From Prolixibacteraceae bacterium (lineage in GTDB: Bacteria > Bacteroidota > Bacteroidia > Bacteroidales > Prolixibacteraceae), in assembly GCA_019459485.1 (NCBI GenBank), contig JAIBEZ010000017.1, positions 1,498 to 65,497 of the forward strand: 64,000 bases of DNA. Direction: 5' to 3'. Each line of letters opens with the position of its first letter. The stretch's first letter is position 1. This document shows, piece after piece, positions 1 through 8,454 of the stretch. Both the position numbers and the translations under genes were made by a program. The notes under the pieces are model-generated. The model made no database searches. It was given only the letters and a program-made list of their open reading frames with translations, and was not told where the DNA came from.

Positions 1-116
1 GAATTTGAAATCTGGAACTTTATCTTCGTTTGTAACAAAACTTTAATATCATTGCAATCGTGCTGTAATCATGTAAGTCTATTTTTGTAGTGTAGAAAAA
101 TTTAAAAAAGACAATC

Positions 117-476
117 ATGAAACAATTAATCTTATCAGTTCTTGTGTTAGTCGCTTCAGTTAGCGCGTTTGCCGAAAAGTCTGATTCGAAAGCCGAAAAT
201 AAAACCGCCGCAAAAAGTGAAATGGCGTTGACAGTTGTCACCGGAAATATCATCGACGAAATAACAGGCGAAGCCCTTGTTGGTGTTGAAGTAACAGTTG
301 AAGGATCAGATTCAAAAACATATACCGATTTTGATGGTCATTTTACCCTGAAAGACGTTAAAGCTGGTGAATGTACTTTAGTAGCAAATTACACTTCTTA
401 CAACAAAACAGAAAAAACTGTTGAATTGAAATCAAAAAAGAATCAAGTTAAAATTGAACTTCAGGCTTCAAAATAA
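117..476 (+). CDS. Secreted carboxypeptidase-regulatory-like (CarboxypepD_reg) domain protein
   Basis: Signal peptide MKQLILSVLVLVASVSAFA; motif VTGNIIDEITGEALVGVEV...TYTDFDGHFTL typical of this Bacteroidota domain. Confidence 0.8.
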   Translation: MKQLILSVLVLVASVSAFAEKSDSKAENKTAAKSEMALTVVTGNIIDEITGEALVGVEVTVEGSDSKTYTDFDGHFTLKDVKAGECTLVANYTSYNKTEKTVELKSKKNQVKIELQASK

Positions 477-516
477 TTGTTGCGGTTGTTCATTGATTAT
501 TTAATACTCAAGATTG

Positions 517-550
517 AAACCTCTTCTTTAAGCCGGAAGAGGTTTTTTTT
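517..550 (+). terminator. Intrinsic terminator
   Basis: AAACCTCTTC / GAAGAGGTTT stem followed by a T run after the 117..476 gene. Confidence 0.75.
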
Positions 551-740
551 GCTCTAATAATTTCCATGAAACTTGCTATCTGTTGGAAAAATTCAACGCT
601 CACCTGACTTATTTCAGTAGGGAAAATTGATTACTCATGAATAACTTTGATGCAATTTTAAGGCTTGATTAAACTTCCGGTAATCTGATATGTTATTTAT
701 TAAATACTAATTTTAGCTCAAAATACTCACACTACGAATT

Positions 741-1277
741 ATGGAAGATTTAAACAAGATTGTTGCCAGCGAAAAAGCGGCAGACAATCAGAACGATTCA
801 AAAAAGGAAACTACAAAACCTACTGTGGTTAAAAAGGATAAAACAGAAAATAAAAAACCTGCAGAACCAAAAGAAACGACCCAGAGTCCGGTTGTAGCTG
901 CTGAGGTTTTAACTGCTGAATCTGAAACCGTTAAAGAGAAAAAAAGCGACGCCAAAAAAGCGGAGAAAGCGGAGAAAAAGCTAAAAGAAGAAGGTGAAAA
1001 GGAACTTCAGAATGAGCCTGCAACAAAGGAAACAAAGGAAACAAAGGCAACAAAGGAAAAACCGGAACCGGATAAAAAGAAGAAGAAAAAAATAAAAGTG
1101 ATAAAAAAGAATGCTCAAAAAGCAGAAGAAAAGGTTGACAAGCTAAAGGAGAAAGTTAAAAAAGCCAAGAAGAAAGAGGTTAAAAAAAGCAAAATCAGAG
1201 ACTTGAAGGACAAATTAGAAAAAGCTCTTGAAAAGCTGAAGAGCAAGGTTAAAAAGCTTAAAAAAGCAAAGAAATAA
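741..1277 (+). CDS. Lysine-rich low-complexity protein, basic helical C-terminus
   Basis: 178 aa, 60 Lys by hand count; 9-bp unit ACAAAGGAA x4 at 1023-1058 (TKE repeats); fills the space between a terminator and a convergent gene. Confidence 0.65.
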   Translation: MEDLNKIVASEKAADNQNDSKKETTKPTVVKKDKTENKKPAEPKETTQSPVVAAEVLTAESETVKEKKSDAKKAEKAEKKLKEEGEKELQNEPATKETKETKATKEKPEPDKKKKKKIKVIKKNAQKAEEKVDKLKEKVKKAKKKEVKKSKIRDLKDKLEKALEKLKSKVKKLKKAKK

Positions 1278-1283
1278 TTTAAA

Positions 1284-2267
1284 TCATCCATGCTTTAACA
1301 GAATTCCTTCGAGTATTTCGTCGGTCATATCAGGAAAACTGATCTGAAGTACTGTTGAATTCTGAATCCAATCAATTAGTTCCGGCGTTGAACCGGTAAA
1401 ATGATCGAGCACTTTTATCCCCATCGATTTAAGGTAAGCGGCGTTACAAAATTGTTCGTACTGCCCTTTCATCGGGATAACACAGAGTTTTTTACCAAGG
1501 AAAATTGCTTCCGCAGGGCCTTCGAAGCCTGCAGTACAAATTAGTCCGGTGCAACTCAGGAAACTTTCGGTAAAACCGTCGAGCGAAACAGGTTGAAAAT
1601 GAATGTTTCCGATTTTATATTTTTGTTTGGAATGTTTGGAAAAAACCTGCCATTCGGTATCCGGAATCTGGGATAAGACATCCTGAATCTGCTGATTGCT
1701 GTATGCGGGAAGATAAACAGTGAAGTGTGGTTTTACAGTCGGTTCGGCATTTCGGATGTCAGGACGAATGACAGGAGGGAAAATAGCAGGAGAGAAGGGT
1801 TTAAAATTAAAACCGTATTTAAACTTTGCCGGGGAATAATGTTTTAGAATAAGTTTTCCGAAGAAATCGTTGAATTCGGGTTTTGGCGCTGAAGGGTGCA
1901 AAACTGCATTCTGGTGACTAAGCCCTATGCAGGTCTTTCGTCGGAGCCGACATGCCCAGCTTGACACCGGTTCAAAATCACTGATCACCAGATCGTATTG
2001 TTTTACGGGTAAATTGCGGATGTCGCTAAAGAATTGCAATACAGGCATTCGTTGTATGGTCTTTAGAATATCAACTCCTCCATTTTGACCCACGATAAAA
2101 CTTAACCCGGAAAAACAGTAATCAATATTGAAGGGTACTTTCAAATCGGCCTGTGTGCCACTCACCAGAACATCGGTATCGGCCAGCGATTTCAGGATAG
2201 GAACAATTTCGGTTGCCCTGGCCAAATGGCCGTTACCCGTTCCCTGAATGGCGTATAAAATCTTCAT
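1284..2267 (-). CDS. Glycosyltransferase, MJ1255/TIGR00661-like (GT-B)
   Basis: N-terminal MKILYAIQGTGNGHLARA, ISDFEP, C-terminal AGFEGPAEA...PMKGQYEQ. Confidence 0.8.
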   Translation of the reverse strand: MKILYAIQGTGNGHLARATEIVPILKSLADTDVLVSGTQADLKVPFNIDYCFSGLSFIVGQNGGVDILKTIQRMPVLQFFSDIRNLPVKQYDLVISDFEPVSSWACRLRRKTCIGLSHQNAVLHPSAPKPEFNDFFGKLILKHYSPAKFKYGFNFKPFSPAIFPPVIRPDIRNAEPTVKPHFTVYLPAYSNQQIQDVLSQIPDTEWQVFSKHSKQKYKIGNIHFQPVSLDGFTESFLSCTGLICTAGFEGPAEAIFLGKKLCVIPMKGQYEQFCNAAYLKSMGIKVLDHFTGSTPELIDWIQNSTVLQISFPDMTDEILEGILLKHG

Positions 2268-2275
2268 CCTGAAAA

Positions 2276-3130
2276 TTAAAAGAAGCTGGCTATTTTCAAT
2301 TCTTCCAGAATGGATCGGTACATCTGGTTTTTATCAGGAATATACAGTTCGTCGCCAGGCAGTTCTGGCTCCTCGTCCTCTTGATCTGAATTGAAATAGT
2401 TCAGTGTCCAGTTTCCATTGATGCATTCGGCCGCAGAAAAGTGTTCGACCCAATCGCCGCAGTTGATATACCTGACGGTTCCTTTCTCGGTAGTAATTGT
2501 TTTATCAACCGGAATATGGGTGTGCCCGCAAATTACCAAGTCGATTTCTTTACTGAGGGCGGCATTGGCGATGGCAAGTTCAAAATTGGTCAGTACTTTT
2601 CTCTCTCTCGATATCCTGTCTTTCATCGATTTGTAAAGGATCATTTCTTTGCCTCCGAAAATTCTCAGTATAACATTCAAAAATCGGTTGAATCCTGTCA
2701 GAAAGCCATAGGCAGCAGCACCAAATTTGGCCAGCCAGAGCGAATGATGGATGATGTTATCGAAAACATCGCCATGAAAAATCCATATCTTTTGTTTTTT
2801 GATTGTCAGTTCAAGTTGGTTGACAATACTGAAATTGCCCAGCCGGGTATTGTTGAACTTTCGGAAAACATCGTCGTGGTTGCCGGTGATATAAACCACC
2901 TGAACACCTTTTTCGATCATTTTCACCAACTGACGGATCACTTTTAAATGGGCTTTCGGGAAATAATTCCGGCTAAAGCGCCATGAGTCAATGATATCGC
3001 CATTCAAAACCAATGTTTTAGGCTGAATGGATTTCAAATATTTAAGAAGGTGTTTGGCTTTGCTGGCCATGGTTGCCAGGTGAACGTCGGAAATGACTGA
3101 AATATCTAATTTTCGGATAGCTTCCTGCAT
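2276..3130 (-). CDS. Metallophosphoesterase, LpxH/PlcP-like
   Basis: Motifs SDVHL, GDIIDSW, GNHD, HGD, CGHTH, NCGDWVE; ATG at 3130 preferred over the TTG at 3139. Confidence 0.8.
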   Translation of the reverse strand: MQEAIRKLDISVISDVHLATMASKAKHLLKYLKSIQPKTLVLNGDIIDSWRFSRNYFPKAHLKVIRQLVKMIEKGVQVVYITGNHDDVFRKFNNTRLGNFSIVNQLELTIKKQKIWIFHGDVFDNIIHHSLWLAKFGAAAYGFLTGFNRFLNVILRIFGGKEMILYKSMKDRISRERKVLTNFELAIANAALSKEIDLVICGHTHIPVDKTITTEKGTVRYINCGDWVEHFSAAECINGNWTLNYFNSDQEDEEPELPGDELYIPDKNQMYRSILEELKIASFF

Positions 3131-3226
3131 AAAGCACAATGCTTTAAATTTAAAGCAAGTATGCTCATTCAGATTGCATGGAGATTAATAATCAGTGAAT
3201 GTTTGATTAATATAATAAGGCCTTTT

Positions 3227-3832
3227 CTAACGTTTCATCACACCGTAACAAAGAATTTTCACAATGTTATCAACACTTTGTTCAAGGTTAACTTTGCTGT
3301 AATCGCCTGCTGCCAATGGCATTTCAAGCCCTTTTATCGCGGTGGTAATTCCTATGGCGGCCAGGGTAAGGTCATATACTTCGAAAATATTTTTCCGGAC
3401 ACCTTCAATCAGGATTCGTTTTATCATCCTGATTTCTTCCTGTTGGTGACGGTGTTTTATGTTATCGATAAATTCGATGGCAGTCACATCGTTTTCGAGC
3501 GCATTGTAAAAATTAGCCATTCCTCTGAAAGTGGTCAGCTTTGTAAGTATATAATCACGTAGTTTGTCAACCGGATCGGTATTGCGGTTTACAACAATGT
3601 CGAGTTCTTTGCGCAGTAAATCAACTTCTTTTTGTATAACTGCCTGAAAAAGATCTTCCTTGCTCGTGAAATAATAGTAGAGTGAGCTTTTCCCTTTACG
3701 AACAGCGTTGGCGATATCGTCGAGCGTTGTTTTTTTATAACCGTATTTGCTGAATATTTCCTGAGCAATTTTCAGGATACTTTCACGGTTTGCATCTTTT
3801 TTGTTCGATCCGTTTTCGATATTCATCGCCAT
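3227..3832 (-). CDS. TetR/AcrR family transcriptional regulator
   Basis: HTH ...FSKYGYKKTTLDDIANAVRKGKSSLYYYFTSKEDL; start moved to MAMNIEN. Confidence 0.9.
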   Translation of the reverse strand: MAMNIENGSNKKDANRESILKIAQEIFSKYGYKKTTLDDIANAVRKGKSSLYYYFTSKEDLFQAVIQKEVDLLRKELDIVVNRNTDPVDKLRDYILTKLTTFRGMANFYNALENDVTAIEFIDNIKHRHQQEEIRMIKRILIEGVRKNIFEVYDLTLAAIGITTAIKGLEMPLAAGDYSKVNLEQSVDNIVKILCYGVMKR

Positions 3833-3938
3833 AACAATAGGTTTTTTTTCAGAAAGCAAATATAAGGTTAATTCCTGAAAATGAAACAATACATATATTC
3901 AGGATTAAGATTGATAATCTCTGAAATTCAAAACTAAT

Positions 3939-6143
3939 TTATTTCCGTCTTTTTTTTATTGAAGCTGAAGGATACTTTGGTGTGTTTTTGTTATCAGAAT
4001 TCTCTTTTATCAGGCGGAAATCGAGCTGTTTTTTCTCCAGGTTTGCCCTGATAATCTCCACATTAACAACATCTCCCAACTGAAATTTCTGGTGTGAATG
4101 CCGACCGACCAGGCAATAATTCTTTTCATCGAAAATGTAAAAATCATCGGCAAGCGAACTTACCGAAACCATGCCTTCGCACTTGTTTTCAAGTTCAACA
4201 AAAATGCCCCATTCGGTTACTCCGGAAATAACTCCGGAAAATTCCTCGCCGATTTTATCCTGCATGAACTCCACTTGTTTGTATTTAGTGGAAGCCCGCT
4301 CGGCATTGGCTGCTTTTGATTCCATAACGGACGAATGCTTGCACATGTCTTCCCATTTTGGTGCGCTCACTGTTCTTCCGCCTTCAAGATAGCGCTGGAG
4401 TAACCGGTGAACCATCACATCGGGATAACGACGGATGGGAGAAGTGAAATGGGTGTAGTATTCGAACGAAAGGCCGTAATGACCAATGTTTCGTGTCGAA
4501 TAAGCTGCTTTGGCCATGGTTCGGATGGCGAGTGTTTCAATCACATTCTGTTCATTTTTACCTTTTACATTGGTCATGAGCAGGTTCATCGACTTTGAGA
4601 TTTGTCCGGGAGTTCCAAGTTGCAGGCCGTACCCAAATTTGTGTATGAAATGATTGAAATTCATCAGTTTATCAGGATCCGGTTTGTCGTGGATGCGGTA
4701 AACAAACGTCCGGGGAGTTTTCTGATCTTCAGGATTACCAATAAATTCGGCTACCCGTTTGTTGGCCAGCAACATAAATTCTTCTACCAATTGATTGCTT
4801 TCTTTGGCTTCTTTGAAATAAACCGAAAGTGGTTTCCCATTTTCATCAAGGTTAAATTTTACTTCAACCCGTTCGAATCCGAGCGATCCTTTTTTGAAAC
4901 GGGCTTCGCGCATTTTTACTGCCAGACGGTGCAGGGTAAGAACTTCATCTTTCAGGTCGCCTTCGCCGGTTTCTATGATAGCCTGTGCATCTTCGTAGGC
5001 AAATCGTTTGTCGGAATGAATGACGGTGCGTCCGAACCATTGTTTCTGAATTTCAGCTTCATCGTTTAACTGAAATATAGCTGAAAAGCAAAGCTTGTCC
5101 TCGTTGGGCCGCAGTGAACACACTCCGTTCGAGAGTTTTTCGGGCAACATCGGAACCACGCGGTCAACAAGGTAAACCGAAGTGGCGCGATCGTATGCTT
5201 CCTCGTCGAGAATCGATCCGGGATTTACATAATAGGAAACATCGGCAATGTGAACGCCCACTTCCCAAAAACCATTTTCGAGTTTGCGTACCGAAAGGGC
5301 ATCGTCAAAATCTTTGGCATCGTGCGGGTCGATGGTTAAAGTGGTTACTCCTCGCATATCGCGGCGGCGTTCTATTTCTTCTGCCGGAACCAGATCCGGT
5401 ATTTTTTCAGCTGCTTTCAGTACATTTTCAGGGAAACGCAATGGCAGATCGAATTCAGCTAAAATGGCGTGCATTTCAGTATTGTTGTTGCCCACATCGC
5501 CCAGTACCTCTATAATTTCGCCAAATGGGTTTTTAGAACGTGCAGGCCATTCGGTGATCCGCGCAATTGCTTTCTGTCCGTCTTTTGCACCGTTCAGCTT
5601 TTCATTCGGTATAAATAAATCGAAAGCTGACTTTCCTGAAGGAATTAAAAATGAAAAATTCCGTGATTTCGAAATGGTACCAACAAAAATAGTTTTGGCA
5701 CGTTCTACAATTTCAACCACTTCGCCTTCAGGTTGTTGCTTTTTGTGCATGGCGTACAAATGTACTTTCACCTTGTCGCCGTCCATCGCGTGGTTCAGGT
5801 TATGGGCCGAGACCAATACAGGCTTTTCAACTTCTTCGGAAGTGACATACGCAAAACCTTGCCTTTGAATGTCAACAATACCGCAAATCGTTCCACCGCG
5901 CGATTTAAGCTTGTATTTTCCCCGTTGAACCATCTCAAGGTTGTCGCTTTCGGCGAGCTCTTCAAGCACAACAAAAACCAGTTTAATAATTTCGGGATCT
6001 TTGATCTTGAGCAGATCGGCTATTTGTTTGTAATTGTAGGTTCGTTCGGGTTGATCGTAATAAATAGTAAGTATTGCATTTTTAAGCTTTGGTTTATTGA
6101 ATGTTTCAACCAATTTGGCTTTTTTATCTTTTTTCTTTGCCAT
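3939..6143 (-). CDS. rnr: Ribonuclease R
   Basis: RNB motifs TIDPHDAKDFDDALS, HFTSPIRRYPD; cold-shock domains and C-terminal S1 domain. Confidence 0.95.
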   Translation of the reverse strand: MAKKKDKKAKLVETFNKPKLKNAILTIYYDQPERTYNYKQIADLLKIKDPEIIKLVFVVLEELAESDNLEMVQRGKYKLKSRGGTICGIVDIQRQGFAYVTSEEVEKPVLVSAHNLNHAMDGDKVKVHLYAMHKKQQPEGEVVEIVERAKTIFVGTISKSRNFSFLIPSGKSAFDLFIPNEKLNGAKDGQKAIARITEWPARSKNPFGEIIEVLGDVGNNNTEMHAILAEFDLPLRFPENVLKAAEKIPDLVPAEEIERRRDMRGVTTLTIDPHDAKDFDDALSVRKLENGFWEVGVHIADVSYYVNPGSILDEEAYDRATSVYLVDRVVPMLPEKLSNGVCSLRPNEDKLCFSAIFQLNDEAEIQKQWFGRTVIHSDKRFAYEDAQAIIETGEGDLKDEVLTLHRLAVKMREARFKKGSLGFERVEVKFNLDENGKPLSVYFKEAKESNQLVEEFMLLANKRVAEFIGNPEDQKTPRTFVYRIHDKPDPDKLMNFNHFIHKFGYGLQLGTPGQISKSMNLLMTNVKGKNEQNVIETLAIRTMAKAAYSTRNIGHYGLSFEYYTHFTSPIRRYPDVMVHRLLQRYLEGGRTVSAPKWEDMCKHSSVMESKAANAERASTKYKQVEFMQDKIGEEFSGVISGVTEWGIFVELENKCEGMVSVSSLADDFYIFDEKNYCLVGRHSHQKFQLGDVVNVEIIRANLEKKQLDFRLIKENSDNKNTPKYPSASIKKRRK

Positions 6144-6222
6144 TGTTTATGTGTAAATAAATTCAACGAAAGGTAGGAAACATTTTCGGAACGAGGTTTA
6201 ATCGGGCAATCTATTTTATTAA

Positions 6223-6473
6223 TGAGTCTACTCCGAGAAGTCCCAAAGTCAAAAGAGAGTCCTGAAAGGACTGAATTTGAATAACCATGGGTGAAACCCA
6301 TGGAAGAATGAAAGAAGGATCGACAGCCCTGAATGGGCTGAATATTAGCGACATAAAAATTCAACCCCTTGCAGGGTTGTGATTTTAATTTCTTTTTTTT
6401 CCACCGGTTTCACCGATGGTTATTCAAATTTTATCCCTTCAGGATAATCAATCGACTTTTCGGAGCTGACTCA
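6223..6473. repeat. Nested palindromic REP/MITE-like element
   Basis: About 20-bp terminal inverted repeats (6223-6242 / 6454-6473), an inner 30-bp inverted pair and four CCCTGAAAGGG-like hairpins. Confidence 0.7.
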
Positions 6474-6534
6474 ACTTTAAAGCGATTGAATGGTTAATTT
6501 GTATATTCGTTTGGTGAATTCCAACATGTACGAA

Positions 6535-8454
6535 ATGAAAAAGCTTTTACTTCTGCTCATAATAGCTGCGTTTCAAAATGCAGCGGCTCAGGTTTCCGAT
6601 CCTGATTTTAACGATAAAATGGCATTCAGCGAAAGCCGGTCGTATCTGAAATCAGTGTCTTTTATCGAATCGGCTGAATATTCTTCGTACGATCTGGTTT
6701 ATCAGCGGTTGAATTTCGAGGTCGATCCGGCTGTTAATTATATTTCAGGATCGGTACTATCTAAAATTAAATTCCTGAAGCAAAATACTACTGAAATTCA
6801 TTTTGATCTTGCCTCGGCATTAATTGTTGATTCCGTTCATTTTGAAGGAAATGCGATTGTCTTTCAGCATCAATCAGATAAAATAACGATTTCACTTCCT
6901 GCAAACATTCAACTAAACAGCTTTCGTCAGGTGGAGATTTTTTATCATGGTTCGCCTCCTCAAACCGGTTTCGGTTCGTTCGTGGTTTCGAAACACAATG
7001 ATGTACCAGTATTATGGACCTTATCGGAACCATACGGAGCGCGCGATTGGTGGCCTTGCAAGCAAAGTCTGGCAGATAAAATTGATTCGGTCGATATCTT
7101 CATAAAGTCTCCCGGCCAATACAAAGCAGCCAGCAACGGAAAACTGATTTCGGATGACATTTCAGGAGAAAAACGAACCGCACACTGGCAACACCGTTAC
7201 CCTATTGCGACTTACCTTATAGGCATTGCTGTTACCAATTACGAAACCTATTCCGATTTCGTGGATTTACCCGGTGGAAACAAGGTTGAAATTCTGAATT
7301 ATATCTACCCGGAATACCTTGCTACTGCAAAATCAAAGTCGAACGAAACCCATGATATCATGACCTTCTTCAATTCAAGACTGATACCCTATCCGTTTGC
7401 CGATGAAAAATACGGACATGCGCAGTTTGGCTGGGGTGGGGGAATGGAGCACCAAACCATGAGTTTTATGACACATCTGAATTTCGAACTGGTTGCCCAC
7501 GAAATGGCCCATCAGTGGTTTGGCAATTACATTACGCTGGCGAGCTGGCACGACATCTGGCTGAATGAAGGTTTTGCCACCTACTTAACTGGACTTGTTT
7601 ACGAAAATTTACTCGATGGCGCTGGTTGGCCTGGTTGGAAGCAAAACCAGATTACACGTATCACTTCTTCGCCGGAAGGTTCTGTTTATGTCACCGATAC
7701 GACCAATGTCGGGCGAATATTTAGCGGACGGCTTTCGTATTCGAAAGGCGCTTATTTGTTGCACATGCTGCGCTGGGAAATGGGCGACGAGCCGTTTTTC
7801 AGAAGCTTGAAAAACTACCTGGAGGATCCGTCGGTTGCAAACGGTTTTGCCACCCACGATCAATTTGTGAAACACCTTGAAGCGGCCGCTGACACCTCGT
7901 TTACCGAATTTTTTAACGACTGGTATTATGGCGAAGGTTACCCCAAATACAACATCACTGAATTTCCCGGTGATTTGGGGACAACAAAAATTAGGGTGAG
8001 TCAGGTTGCATCGCATCCTTCTGTCAGTTTTTTCGAGATGCACCTGCCGGTCAGAGTGTGGAAAGACTCACAATTCAAGGATTTACGGCTGTACCATACC
8101 GAACAAAATCAGGAGTTTGTAATTTCTGAAGAAAAAGTAGATTCCATTCAATTCGATCCCGAAAAATGGTTGTGCGCCAAAGCCGACATTGTTTCACCGG
8201 CAAGGAACATTGCCAAATCAGAACAAATTCAAATTATTCCGGAATATGCGACAAAAAAAATCAGGATAATTTTGCCTGAATTTTCAGGAAAAGAAAGCTT
8301 CTGTATTTATGATCTGAATGGAAGAACTGTTTTGACTGGCATACTAAAAATGAAAGACTCGCGCATTGAAACCAATGCACTTAAAAATGGTATTTATCTG
8401 GTAGAAGTTAAATCGAAAAACATAAAAAGGGTTAAAAAACTGATTGTCGATTAA
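6535..8454 (+). CDS. M1 family aminopeptidase with probable T9SS C-terminal domain
   Basis: GGMEH and HEMAHQW-x-LNEG (HEXXH-X18-E); signal peptide from MKKLLLL; C-terminal IYDLNGRTV...LKNGIYLVEV. Confidence 0.9.
   Translation: MKKLLLLLIIAAFQNAAAQVSDPDFNDKMAFSESRSYLKSVSFIESAEYSSYDLVYQRLNFEVDPAVNYISGSVLSKIKFLKQNTTEIHFDLASALIVDSVHFEGNAIVFQHQSDKITISLPANIQLNSFRQVEIFYHGSPPQTGFGSFVVSKHNDVPVLWTLSEPYGARDWWPCKQSLADKIDSVDIFIKSPGQYKAASNGKLISDDISGEKRTAHWQHRYPIATYLIGIAVTNYETYSDFVDLPGGNKVEILNYIYPEYLATAKSKSNETHDIMTFFNSRLIPYPFADEKYGHAQFGWGGGMEHQTMSFMTHLNFELVAHEMAHQWFGNYITLASWHDIWLNEGFATYLTGLVYENLLDGAGWPGWKQNQITRITSSPEGSVYVTDTTNVGRIFSGRLSYSKGAYLLHMLRWEMGDEPFFRSLKNYLEDPSVANGFATHDQFVKHLEAAADTSFTEFFNDWYYGEGYPKYNITEFPGDLGTTKIRVSQVASHPSVSFFEMHLPVRVWKDSQFKDLRLYHTEQNQEFVISEEKVDSIQFDPEKWLCAKADIVSPARNIAKSEQIQIIPEYATKKIRIILPEFSGKESFCIYDLNGRTVLTGILKMKDSRIETNALKNGIYLVEVKSKNIKRVKKLIVD

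Noticed and set aside
8432-8454. Convergent overlap of the M1 peptidase and kinase 3' ends
   Set aside because: A 23-nt tail-to-tail overlap is ordinary.
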